DNA of 64,000 nt from Candidatus Aminicenantes bacterium. Lineage in GTDB: Bacteria > Acidobacteriota > Aminicenantia > Aminicenantales > JAFGBC01. The notes under the pieces were generated by a model. That model was not told the DNA's origin. It was given only the letters and a program-made list of their open reading frames with translations, and ran no database searches. Positions 28,348 through 37,718 of the stretch are shown piece after piece. How positions within the stretch are numbered: position 1 is the stretch's first letter; the number at the start of each line of letters is the position of its first letter. Made by a program: the position numbers and the translations under genes. The DNA is taken from the NCBI GenBank assembly GCA_963702005.1, contig OY969696.1, forward strand, positions 3,520,001-3,584,000, written 5' to 3'.

Positions 28348-28361
28348 GTGCGTTAACGTAC
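28348..28361. promoter_or_regulatory. Candidate LacI-family operator 1
   Basis: Near-palindrome GTGCGTTAACGTAC downstream of a minus-strand TTGACA (28396-28391). Confidence 0.6.
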
Positions 28362-28501
28362 ACATAAAATATCAGATTTTATGGCGCTGTTGTCAAGTAT
28401 TATTTTTTCTTCCGGACCCAGAAATAATCTTATATAACCTATAAAATCTATATTATTACGAGTCAGAGCTCGCCGGGATGAGCTGAAAAGCGGCGAGGCT
28501 A

Positions 28502-28551
28502 TTGACACAAAACCCCATTTTTTTTAAATTAGAATAAGAATCGTTAACGCA
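28502..28551 (+). promoter_or_regulatory. lacI-family promoter with candidate operator 2
   Basis: TTGACA-17 nt-TAAATT followed by CGTTAACGCA (28542-28551). Confidence 0.6.
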
Positions 28552-28566
28552 AACAAGGAGAGCCCC

Positions 28567-29601
28567 ATTTCCACCATAAAAGAAATCGCCAAGAGGGCCC
28601 GGGTTTCGATCGGGACCGTGGACCGGGTCCTTCACAGCCGGGGACGCGTCTCGAAGGAAACGGAGGAGAGGGTCCGCCGGATCATCGAAGAGATCGACTA
28701 CCGGCCGAACGTTTTCGCCAAGCATCTCCGCCTCTCCAAGGTATTCACGTTCGGCATCCTGATGCCGAAGCCTTCCCAGGACAGCCACTACTGGATGCTT
28801 CCCATCCAGGGCATCAGCCGGGCCCAACGTGAGCTGGCCACCCAAAAAGTCCGCGTCCGCTATTTTTTTTATGACAAGTTCCTGGCCGGCTCCTTCAATA
28901 AAATAAGCGCGGAGCTTCTGCAAACACCCTTGGACGGAATCCTGATGGCGCCCGTCCTGTCCAAAACGTTCGAATCTTTCATTAAAGATATTCCGGACGA
29001 CCTTCCCTTCGTCTTTTTCGATTCTTTCATCTCCAACGCCCGGCCTCTTGCCTATATCGGCCAAGATTCATTTCAGAGCGGCGTCCTGTCCGCCCGCTTA
29101 ATGCAAATGCTGATCCCCGCCAAGGGGGGCATCGCGGCCTTCCGCGTCCTTCCCGAAGACTATCATATCGACGAGCGGCTCAACGGGTTCGTGTCCTATT
29201 GCCGCCAGCAGAGCGGCATGGAGATCCATGTCTTCGAGATCGACGGCAACCGGAGCGGCGAGACCCGGCGCCGGACCTTCGACAAGGCCTTCGACGAAAT
29301 CCCCGACCTGCGGGGCGTCTTCGTCACCAACGCCACGACCAATCAGGTCGCCGCCTATATCAAATCGCGCGGCCTGCAGGGAAAGGTCCACATCATCGGC
29401 TATGACCTGATCGAGGAGAACGTGCGCCTGATGCGGGAGGGCGTGATCGATTTTCTCATCAGCCAGCAGTCGGAGCGGCAAGGCTATGAGGGCATTTACG
29501 CCCTCTACAGACACGTCGTGCTCAAGATGCCCGTTGAAAGCAAGATCATGATGCAGCTCGACATCGTGACGCGGGAAAACGTGGATTACTACAAATCATG
29601 A
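28567..29601 (+). CDS. LacI-family transcriptional regulator (probable ATT start)
   Basis: In-frame (I)STIKEIAKRARVSIGTVDRVLHSRGRVS HTH; sugar-binding domain with IGQD and IGYD. Confidence 0.9.
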   Translation: MSTIKEIAKRARVSIGTVDRVLHSRGRVSKETEERVRRIIEEIDYRPNVFAKHLRLSKVFTFGILMPKPSQDSHYWMLPIQGISRAQRELATQKVRVRYFFYDKFLAGSFNKISAELLQTPLDGILMAPVLSKTFESFIKDIPDDLPFVFFDSFISNARPLAYIGQDSFQSGVLSARLMQMLIPAKGGIAAFRVLPEDYHIDERLNGFVSYCRQQSGMEIHVFEIDGNRSGETRRRTFDKAFDEIPDLRGVFVTNATTNQVAAYIKSRGLQGKVHIIGYDLIEENVRLMREGVIDFLISQQSERQGYEGIYALYRHVVLKMPVESKIMMQLDIVTRENVDYYKS

Positions 29602-31664
29602 GTCGGCGGAATCTTCGGCCCGCTTTATTCGCCTTGATCGCCTGCCTGAGCGCGGGCTCCCTCTCTCCGGCCGCGAAGACTCCCCTTCCCGAGCGCTACC
29701 GGAAATGGCTCGAGGAAGAGGTCGTCTACATCATCACCCCCCGGGAGCGGGATGTTTTCGGGAAGCTCCAGACCGACCGGGAGCGCGACATCTTCATCGA
29801 GGCCTTCTGGAAACACCGGGACTCGAAGCCGGATACGCCGGAGAACGAGTTCAAGACCGAGCACTACCGGCGGATCGCCTATGCCAACCATCGCTTCGGC
29901 CGGACGGCCCCCAAGCCGGGCTGGAAGACGGACCGGGGCCGCATCTATATCATCCTCGGCGATCCCAACGACATCCAACGTTACGAGGGCAAACAGGAGG
30001 TTGTTCCCTCCGAGGTCTGGTTCTACCAGGACAAGGCCGAGCTGGGCCTGCCTCCCGGTTTTAACCTGGTCTTTTTCCAGGAAGGAGGGATGGGCGATTT
30101 CCGTCTCTACAGCCCGGTCCGGGACGGACCTCAGGCTTTGCTCACGGATTATCGGGGCGCCGTAAACGACTACCAAAAGGCCTATGAGACCCTCAGGGAC
30201 TATGAGCCCAACCTGGCCGCCGTCTCGCTCTCCCTGATCCCCGGCGAGGCGAACGCCCTGGCCGACCGTCCCTCGCTAGCCTCCGATATTTTCGTCCAGA
30301 GGATTGAAACCGCGGCCCAGACCCAAGTCAAGGACGACTATGCCCGGAAATTCCTCGAATACAAGGATATCGTGGATGTGGAATACAGCGCCAACTACCT
30401 GGATAGCGACGCCCTGGTCGCGGTGGCCAGGGATGAGGCCGGCGTCTCTATCGTTCACTATGCCGTGGAGCCGAAGCGGCTTTCGGTCAGCGGCGGCGGC
30501 GGAGCCTATACGACAACCCTCGGCGTCAACGGCATCGTGACCGATCCGGCCGGCTCCGTCATTTATCAATTCGAGAAGGCCTTTGCCGTTAAGATAGAGG
30601 AAGGCCGGATGGAGGAGCTAAGCCGTCAACCCTTCGACCTTCATGACCTTTTCCCCCTCATTCCCGGAACCTATAAAATGTCCGTCCTGGTCAAAAACGA
30701 AGCATCGAAAGAGTTCACCTCCTTTGAGCAGGCCCTGCTGATTCCCGGTGGCGGCCCGGGCCCGCAGCTCAGCCGACCCCTCCTCGGCTACAAATGGTCG
30801 CGGTCCTCCCCGGAAGGGCAAAACCTCAGGCCTTTTCAGTTCGGCCCCTACCGGGTCTATGCCCAGCCGGGCCGGATTTTCACCCGGGCGGACACGCTGG
30901 TCGTCGCCTTCCAAGTCTCCGGCCTGACCGAGGACGAGCGCAGGACCGGCCTTCTCCGCATCCAGATCCTGAAGGACGGTGAAGCCCTCGCCGATAGGTC
31001 GAAGAGGCTGGACGCCTGCGCCGACCTGCCGAACGTCCTGGAAGAATTTGCCCTGAAGGACCTCCTCCCCGCCCACTACGGACTCAAGATCTCCCTTCTC
31101 ATCGGCGAGCGGGAGATCCTGTCCGCGCAAGATGAATTCAACCTGACGCATCAGGAGGCCGTTCCCAGGCCCTGGATCTATTCCAAGCTCATGCCCGGGG
31201 CCGGGGAAGCGGCCTATGAGCAAATCCTGGGCGCCGAGCTCTTCAACGCGGGCCGGGTCGTCGAGGCTAAGATCAGGCTGGAAAAGGCCTACCGGAAAAA
31301 CCCCGAATCTCCGGAATCCGCCCTCCTCCTGGCGAGGGCCTGGATGGCCATGGGAGAGGTCGAGGATACGATCTCCGTATTGAAGCCTTTTCTGGATCCT
31401 TCCCGGCCTCCCAACTACGATATCTTCGTCCTGGCCGGGCGCGCCCTCCAGAGCAAGGCCGACTGGGCCGGCGCCCTCGAGCTCACCAACAGGACCATAT
31501 CTCATTTCGGCGCCAACGCCGTCCTTCTCAACGCCGTCGGCGACTGCAGCTTCGGCTTGGGCAAGATCAAAGAGGCCTTGGCCGCCTGGGAAAAATCCCT
31601 CGAGTTCAACCCGGATCAGCCCGAGATCAGGAAGAAGGTCGCCGGACTGAAGGGCGGGCGATGA
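29598..31664 (+). CDS. GWxTD domain protein with C-terminal TPRs
   Basis: WLEEEVVYII, FWKHRD, GWKTDRGRIYIILG. Confidence 0.9.
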   Translation: MSRRNLRPALFALIACLSAGSLSPAAKTPLPERYRKWLEEEVVYIITPRERDVFGKLQTDRERDIFIEAFWKHRDSKPDTPENEFKTEHYRRIAYANHRFGRTAPKPGWKTDRGRIYIILGDPNDIQRYEGKQEVVPSEVWFYQDKAELGLPPGFNLVFFQEGGMGDFRLYSPVRDGPQALLTDYRGAVNDYQKAYETLRDYEPNLAAVSLSLIPGEANALADRPSLASDIFVQRIETAAQTQVKDDYARKFLEYKDIVDVEYSANYLDSDALVAVARDEAGVSIVHYAVEPKRLSVSGGGGAYTTTLGVNGIVTDPAGSVIYQFEKAFAVKIEEGRMEELSRQPFDLHDLFPLIPGTYKMSVLVKNEASKEFTSFEQALLIPGGGPGPQLSRPLLGYKWSRSSPEGQNLRPFQFGPYRVYAQPGRIFTRADTLVVAFQVSGLTEDERRTGLLRIQILKDGEALADRSKRLDACADLPNVLEEFALKDLLPAHYGLKISLLIGEREILSAQDEFNLTHQEAVPRPWIYSKLMPGAGEAAYEQILGAELFNAGRVVEAKIRLEKAYRKNPESPESALLLARAWMAMGEVEDTISVLKPFLDPSRPPNYDIFVLAGRALQSKADWAGALELTNRTISHFGANAVLLNAVGDCSFGLGKIKEALAAWEKSLEFNPDQPEIRKKVAGLKGGR

Positions 31665-31715
31665 CGGAATGGCCCGCATCCTTAAGGAAGGCGGCGCCCA
31701 AAAAGCGAGGCTTTC

Positions 31716-32708
31716 ATGAAGAACAGGACAAGGAAAAGGTTTGCCGGGGGGATCGGCTGCGCCGTCCTTCTCCTCTGGTGTTCGGCGGAACTCCTGTCCG
31801 GCCAGGAAAACCTGGGGCGCGGCCGGGTCAGCGGCACGGTCGTCGATGAAGCGGGCGCTCCGATCGCGAATGCTCAGGTCCTCGCCGAAAGCCTTCAATC
31901 CGCGACGGCTAAGCTCACCGGGACGACCGACAAGAAAGGACATTTCGCCATAGCCGGATTCGGCACCGGGCCCTGGAAGATTACGGCGTCCAAGGCCGAG
32001 TACGACTCCGCCTTTATCGAGATGGATGTCCGGCAGCTCAGGACAAACCCGCCCGTCAGCTTGACCTTGAAAAAGATCTCCGCCATCGCGGCTCCGATCA
32101 ACGACGACGCATCCAAAAAAGATTACGACCAAGCCAATCAACTCCTTGCCGCCGGGAAATTCGCCGGTGCGGCCGTCCTGTATGAAGACATCCTGGCCAA
32201 ACATCCCGAGCTCTATCAGCTTCAGCTTGATGCCGGCCTCTGCTATCTCAAGCTGGAGGATTGGGAGAAGGCCAAGTCCCGATTCCAAGCGGTCCTCGAT
32301 CGGGTCTCCCGGGCCGACGGGGCCTACGAGAATGACGCCGCCGCCGGCAAGGCCTTCGTCGGCCTGGGCGAGGTCGTGGCCCGCTCCGGAGACCTCGCCT
32401 CGGCCAAGGACTATTTCGACCGGGCCCTGAGGCTCGCCCCCGAAGACGAGATTGCGGCCTACAACGTCGCGGAGATCCTTTTTTCGGCCCAGAAAGTCGA
32501 TGAAGCGATCGGCTATTACGAAACGGCCCTGCGCATCAAGAAGGATTGGTCCAAACCCGTCTTCAAGCTCGGCCTGGCCCACCTCAACAAAGGCGACTAC
32601 GACAAGGCCCTCGATTACCTGACCCGGTTCGTCGAGATGGACCCGGAGAATCCCAACGTCCCTCAAGCCCAAAACATGATCATCGCCATCAAGGCGATCA
32701 AGAGATAG
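31716..32708 (+). CDS. Secreted carboxypeptidase-regulatory-like domain plus TPR protein
   Basis: GRVSGTVVDEAGAPI, TTDKKGHF; multiple TPR motifs. Confidence 0.82.
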   Translation: MKNRTRKRFAGGIGCAVLLLWCSAELLSGQENLGRGRVSGTVVDEAGAPIANAQVLAESLQSATAKLTGTTDKKGHFAIAGFGTGPWKITASKAEYDSAFIEMDVRQLRTNPPVSLTLKKISAIAAPINDDASKKDYDQANQLLAAGKFAGAAVLYEDILAKHPELYQLQLDAGLCYLKLEDWEKAKSRFQAVLDRVSRADGAYENDAAAGKAFVGLGEVVARSGDLASAKDYFDRALRLAPEDEIAAYNVAEILFSAQKVDEAIGYYETALRIKKDWSKPVFKLGLAHLNKGDYDKALDYLTRFVEMDPENPNVPQAQNMIIAIKAIKR

Positions 32709-32720
32709 CGCGTCCGCCCC

Positions 32721-34778
32721 TTATTTCAGCATTTTGATGAAGACGCCGCCCACGACGGAGCGCGCCTGAAATCCGACCTTCCGGCCATCCCGGGTCCAGT
32801 ACCAGTCCGTCATCGGGACCCGGTCGGGCGTCTCGTTGAGGAAGTCGAAAACGGGGTCGCTGAAGGCCTCGAAATCCTCGGGGCGGCCCGTGAGCGAGGC
32901 CGTCCACAGGATCCAATCCAACTTCGTGTACTCCTTGCGGTTGTCGAGCGGCAGGCCGTATTTCAGCTGGACCTTCCGGTAGTAGGCCGTTTCCTTCTCG
33001 GCGACCGAGGGCGGGAACAGGCCATAGCCCAAGATCCTGTTCCAGACCAGGTTGTACTTCTGGCTCCAGGTGCCGGGCTTGTCGAAGGCCAGCCGGTAGT
33101 GATCACCGTCGTCTGCGAGCTTGAGCCACTCCCCCGCGAATTTCGCGGCCGTCGCGGCATAGGATTTAGCCTCGGCCTTCTTCCCCAGCTTCTCGCACAA
33201 ATCGGCGTAAGCCCGGAGGCCGATGATGGCCTTCAAGGACAGGTTGGCGTTATGGGCGAGATGGCCGGCGAAGTCGTCCGTGCAAAGCTGGTTCTCGGGG
33301 TCGAGGCCTTTCGCCCCGAGGTACTCCGCCCAGCGGCGGAAAAGGGCTTCGTAGGGCCGGACGAACTCGACGCTGTTTTCGGCCCGGGCCAGGGCGGCGG
33401 CCAGGATGAGCATGTTTCCGCTCTCCTCGACCGGCATCTGGTCCTCCTCGGTCAGGGCGCCTCCGCCGTAGACCTGGCCGTTGGCCTGGGGATAGGTCCC
33501 CAGGTCATGGGGCGCGAACGGGAACGGCCACATTCCGCTCTTGGCGTAGTCCAGGACGGGCCGGAGCATGGCCCTCATCAAGGGCGGGCTGAGGTGGAGA
33601 TAAAGGGGCGCCGAGGGATAGATGACGTCGACCGTCGAAATGCACCCGTTGCTGAAGTTCTCCTTGGGGAAAAAGAGCGGGGTCCCGTCGATATCGGCGG
33701 CCAGCTTGTGGGCGGCGATGGACTGCCGGAAGGCCAGGGTCCCGATCCAGGCGTATTTCTCCCCACCCGCCTTGGTCAGGGACGCCAGGAGCTGATCGTC
33801 GAATTCGCGGCAGGCCGCCGTCAGGGGACCGTAATCGAGCGCCGCCTGGGCCAGGAGCTGGGGAACCTCCCAGCCGTCGCGCCGCCAGTAGGGCCTGAGT
33901 TTGCGGTTGAAGTACTCGATCGAAAAACGGTCGTCGTAAGCGATCATCCAATATCGGGAGACGGGATCGGCTCCAACCTCGTCGAGGTTGAAGGCGACGG
34001 CGGCCACCGGATAACCTTCAGCCACGGCGCGGGGCATGTCCATCTCATCGAACGTCCCCAGCCCGCCGGATTTCCAGAAGGACTCCCGGCAGACGTCGTG
34101 CGAGGCGAGGCGGCTGAGGCCTTTCGGTTCCGTCGGAACGGCGAGATAGAAATATCCCCAGTCGATCCTCAGGTCGTCTCCCCTCTTTTCCAGCACGGGC
34201 TGGTCCTTGGATCCGAAGGAGAGCACGTCGAGGCCGGGGACTTCCAGCCGCCCCCAGACGACCTTCTGGTCGGGGGTGTTGACGGCGATTTCGCTGCAGG
34301 CGTCGAAGTAAAGCTGGACCTTGTGACGGGCGCCGTCCGTCGTCCGGACTTGGGCCGTGATATAGGTCAGGGGCCTGGACAGGATGTCAAGGCGGGCGGG
34401 GAGCAGCGGACAGAGGAAGATCAGCGTCAATTCGACGCCGCCGTCGGCAAAGGTATAAACCGTCCGGGTCGGGAACACCTCAAGGCGCGTTTGGGTCATG
34501 GCCTTCGATCCCCACGGTTCGAGCCCCATGACTCGGTAGGCCTGTCCATCGATCCGGACAAGGGCGGCCATGGCCTGAGCCTGTCCCGTCCAGTGGGCCG
34601 GCCATTTGTCGCTGAGCTTGTCGCCCGGCGACCAAATGCTGAAATAGGGATCGTGCGTGACGAGCGGGACGGACGGCGGCCTGGGGGCCGGACGTTCGCC
34701 GGCGCCCGCCAGGACAGCCGGGCCCAAACCGAATGCGATGACCAGGATGATGACGCGAGCGAGCCGTTGTCTTGACAT
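32721..34778 (-). CDS. GtaA/glutaminase-like DUF5127-DUF4965 protein (probable (alpha/alpha)6 hydrolase)
   Basis: PSVPLVTHDPYFSIWS, KENFSNG, APHDLGTYP, MPVEESGNM, QLCTDDFAG, FQARSVVGG. Confidence 0.85.
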   Translation of the reverse strand: MSRQRLARVIILVIAFGLGPAVLAGAGERPAPRPPSVPLVTHDPYFSIWSPGDKLSDKWPAHWTGQAQAMAALVRIDGQAYRVMGLEPWGSKAMTQTRLEVFPTRTVYTFADGGVELTLIFLCPLLPARLDILSRPLTYITAQVRTTDGARHKVQLYFDACSEIAVNTPDQKVVWGRLEVPGLDVLSFGSKDQPVLEKRGDDLRIDWGYFYLAVPTEPKGLSRLASHDVCRESFWKSGGLGTFDEMDMPRAVAEGYPVAAVAFNLDEVGADPVSRYWMIAYDDRFSIEYFNRKLRPYWRRDGWEVPQLLAQAALDYGPLTAACREFDDQLLASLTKAGGEKYAWIGTLAFRQSIAAHKLAADIDGTPLFFPKENFSNGCISTVDVIYPSAPLYLHLSPPLMRAMLRPVLDYAKSGMWPFPFAPHDLGTYPQANGQVYGGGALTEEDQMPVEESGNMLILAAALARAENSVEFVRPYEALFRRWAEYLGAKGLDPENQLCTDDFAGHLAHNANLSLKAIIGLRAYADLCEKLGKKAEAKSYAATAAKFAGEWLKLADDGDHYRLAFDKPGTWSQKYNLVWNRILGYGLFPPSVAEKETAYYRKVQLKYGLPLDNRKEYTKLDWILWTASLTGRPEDFEAFSDPVFDFLNETPDRVPMTDWYWTRDGRKVGFQARSVVGGVFIKMLK

Positions 34779-34844
34779 GGGAGACTCCTTCCGCGGTAAT
34801 AATATCAATTTCTTCCCCGCATCCTCAATAATTCGCGCACCGGG

Positions 34845-35045
34845 TCAGCGGCCTACGTTTTCGCAAGGGATCTCGACCGGCGTCCGGCCCCGGCCGTCGA
34901 GCCGGAGCTTCTGGAACTCGTTCTCGAAGAACTCCTGCTTGAAGCTCACGAGCGTGATCAGGCGGCATATGCCGTCTTGGCCCTTGACGGCCACGGCGGC
35001 CCGGATGGCACGAAACAGGACGGCGCCCAACGACGATAAGATCAT
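34845..35045 (-). pseudogene. Short ORF with coding-like codon bias, probable C-terminal gene remnant
   Basis: Strong GC3 bias (GCCGTCAAGGGC...TTCAAGCAGGAG); no recognisable complete domain. Confidence 0.35.
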
Positions 35046-35048
35046 GAT

Positions 35049-37622
35049 TCAATTCCCCCGGCAGAGCGGAAGGCGGCCGGGCCCGCCCAGGACGACGGTC
35101 GCGGCCCCCCGGATCAGCCATTCCCCGGTCGAAGGCCGATAGACGGCGATCCGGACCTTGCCGGGACCGTCATAGTGGCCCGGGACGGGGACATCTCCGA
35201 ACAAGCCGAAAACATATTGATTCCCGCCCAGGATGAACCAGCGACCCTTGGAAGGCCGGAACACGGCCGGCTCGGCCTTGCCGTCCCCGTTGTAGTCCGC
35301 CGGAATCGGGATGTCCTCGAATTCGCCCAGCGTATAGATCGCGCCGCTCCTGAGCAGCCACTGGCCGGTCGTCGGCCGGAAGACGGCGACATCGGTTTTC
35401 TTATCGCCGTCGTAATCGGCCGGGACGGGAACATCGCCCGCAGCGCCGAACCGGAAACTGCCCTGGCCCCGCAGGAACCACTCCCCCGTTTTGGGCCTGA
35501 AGAAGGCGACCTCGGACCGGCCGTCGCCGTTGTAATCGCCGGGAACGGGAATATCCAGAATCCCTCCGTAGCCCTTGATCGTCGCCCCGCCCTTGATAAG
35601 CCACATCCCCTCGAGGGGGCGGAAGATGGCCGCCTCGGCTTTTCTGTCCCCATCGTAGTCGCCCGCGGCCGGAACGTCGCCGCTCGTTCCGAACGCAAAC
35701 GACGTCCCTCCCTGGAAAAACCACTCGCCGCTCGGATAGCGATAAACGGCGATGTCGCTTTTGCCGTCGCCGTCGAAGTCGGCCGAGGCCGTGACGAGAG
35801 ACCGCTGGGGACCGTAAAGCCAGGTCTCGGTTGCCAGGAGGTCGCCGCTCCCCCCGGCCATGGTGATCTTGCCCTTGGATTCGTTGAAGACCATGGCCTG
35901 GCCGTAGCGAGGGGCCGGACAGGGCCCATCGACCCTAGCCCAAACTCCGCCGCTATATTCCCACGGGTCGTTGAGCCAGTCGTACCGGCCGGTCGTGGCG
36001 TTGTAGCGCTCGCCGCCGAAGAGGACGAGTTTGCGGCGGATGGAATCGTAGGCCAGGCCGAAGCCCGTCCGCGGTCCCGGGCCCGTCTCCGAGATCAGGG
36101 TCCAGGAAGAGCCGTTCCATTCCCAGAGGTCGCCGTATTCGGTTTTCCAATCGACCGAGCTTTGTCCGCCGAAGAGATAGACGACGCCCCGGTCCCCGTC
36201 ATAGGCCATGGCGTGGCCGTGGCGAATGGATGGCCCCGAGGACGATTTGAGCGTCCAGACCGTCCCGTTCCAGGCCCAAGTGCCGGGGTCGTCGCCGCCG
36301 GTCGTTCCCGGCACGCCGCCGAAGAGGACGACCTCCGCGCGCTTGGCGTCATAGGCCATGGCGCTTCCATAGCGGGCCGTCGGCCCGCTCGTCGCGACTC
36401 GGGTCCAGGCCGAGGTTGTCCAGTCCCAGGTCCAGGTGTCGTTAAAATAGCTGACTCCAGAGCCATAGTAGACCCCGCCGAATAGGACGGGGACTCCGCG
36501 GGCCGCGTCAAAGGCCATGCCGACGCCGCCCCGGTAGCCGAGAGGATTTTTGCTGAGCTCATACCAGCCCCAACCGTCCCAGGCCCAGGTTCCGTTCCTG
36601 AACATGAGGATCTTTCCGATCTTGGCGTCGTAGACCATGGCGTCGGGCTTGGCCGGGAACTGCCAATCGGGTTTCTTCTGGATGCGTTTCGTCCCCTCGA
36701 GCAGCCAGGTCGAGCCGGCCGAGCCGAAAAAGACGATCTGGTTGCGGGCCGCGTCATAGGCCGCTTTCCATGCGGAGGGGAAATCCTTGGGAGGAGCGAA
36801 GGCCGAGATCTTCTTCCAGGCGGCGCCGTCCCAAGTCCAGACCTGGAAGATTCTTTTCCAATCGGCCGTGTAGGTGTAGAAGGACACGACGGACTTGCGG
36901 CGCGCCGTGTCGTAGACCATGACCGGGTCATAGACGGCCGTCGGTCCCGTCGCCGTGATTTTCCTCCATTTCACGCCATCGTATTCCCAGGTGTCGTTGA
37001 AATTGGAGTCTCCGGCATCGCCCCCGAACAAGACCAGCCTGCCGCGGCTTTCATCGTAGCTCAGGCAATGATAACGCCGTCCTTGCGGTTTCGTGCCCGA
37101 GACCTTGACTTCCTTCCAGGAGCTGCCGTTCCACTCCCAAAAGTCCGCATAGTAAGGTTTGGCGTTCCCGAAATTGACCCCGCCGAAAAGGAGCGCGACG
37201 CCCCGGCTCGAGTCGAAGGCCATGGCCGCCCCCCAGCGGGCCGGAGGCCCCTGGACTTGTTTCTGCTCCCACTTGACGCCGTCCCAGGTCCAGGTATCGT
37301 TGACGATCCGGATGACCTGGTTCTGTTCCGTCCAGCCTCCGAAGAGGATCGTGACCTTCCGGGTCGAGTCATAGGCGAGCGCCGTGTTCTCCCGGGGCGA
37401 CGGACCTCCCATCGAAGCCAGGACCCAGCCCGTACCGTTCCACTCCCAGGTCTCGCGTCCCCCGCCGATCCCGCCGAACATGACGGCGACGCCGCGCGCC
37501 GAGTCGTAGGCCATGGCGTGATAGACGCGGCCTTCGGGAAGGATGTCCGCCCGCGTCCACTGGGCGACGGCCGCGGAACTCAACAGGACGAGCGCTAACC
37601 CGATGCCGATCGCTAATTTCAT
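35049..37622 (-). CDS. Secreted Kelch-like repeat plus FG-GAP/VCBS repeat protein
   Basis: Many AYDSxRxxxVLFGG...DTWEWNG repeats; C-terminal PADYDGDxKxDxAVFRP repeats. Confidence 0.85.
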   Translation of the reverse strand: MKLAIGIGLALVLLSSAAVAQWTRADILPEGRVYHAMAYDSARGVAVMFGGIGGGRETWEWNGTGWVLASMGGPSPRENTALAYDSTRKVTILFGGWTEQNQVIRIVNDTWTWDGVKWEQKQVQGPPARWGAAMAFDSSRGVALLFGGVNFGNAKPYYADFWEWNGSSWKEVKVSGTKPQGRRYHCLSYDESRGRLVLFGGDAGDSNFNDTWEYDGVKWRKITATGPTAVYDPVMVYDTARRKSVVSFYTYTADWKRIFQVWTWDGAAWKKISAFAPPKDFPSAWKAAYDAARNQIVFFGSAGSTWLLEGTKRIQKKPDWQFPAKPDAMVYDAKIGKILMFRNGTWAWDGWGWYELSKNPLGYRGGVGMAFDAARGVPVLFGGVYYGSGVSYFNDTWTWDWTTSAWTRVATSGPTARYGSAMAYDAKRAEVVLFGGVPGTTGGDDPGTWAWNGTVWTLKSSSGPSIRHGHAMAYDGDRGVVYLFGGQSSVDWKTEYGDLWEWNGSSWTLISETGPGPRTGFGLAYDSIRRKLVLFGGERYNATTGRYDWLNDPWEYSGGVWARVDGPCPAPRYGQAMVFNESKGKITMAGGSGDLLATETWLYGPQRSLVTASADFDGDGKSDIAVYRYPSGEWFFQGGTSFAFGTSGDVPAAGDYDGDRKAEAAIFRPLEGMWLIKGGATIKGYGGILDIPVPGDYNGDGRSEVAFFRPKTGEWFLRGQGSFRFGAAGDVPVPADYDGDKKTDVAVFRPTTGQWLLRSGAIYTLGEFEDIPIPADYNGDGKAEPAVFRPSKGRWFILGGNQYVFGLFGDVPVPGHYDGPGKVRIAVYRPSTGEWLIRGAATVVLGGPGRLPLCRGN

Positions 37623-37718
37623 GGATTTCTCCCGATTCTTAGAATCATTGTAATCGGTCTCGGGACGAATTGAAAGCGCGGCCCGGGACTCGAACCGGGA
37701 ACGGGGGGACAAACGGGC

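Noticed and set aside
35100-37560. Periodic DNA repeats suggesting a CRISPR array or DGR template
   Set aside because: The repeats are degenerate, in frame and explained by Kelch and FG-GAP protein repeats; no cas or reverse transcriptase gene is in the window
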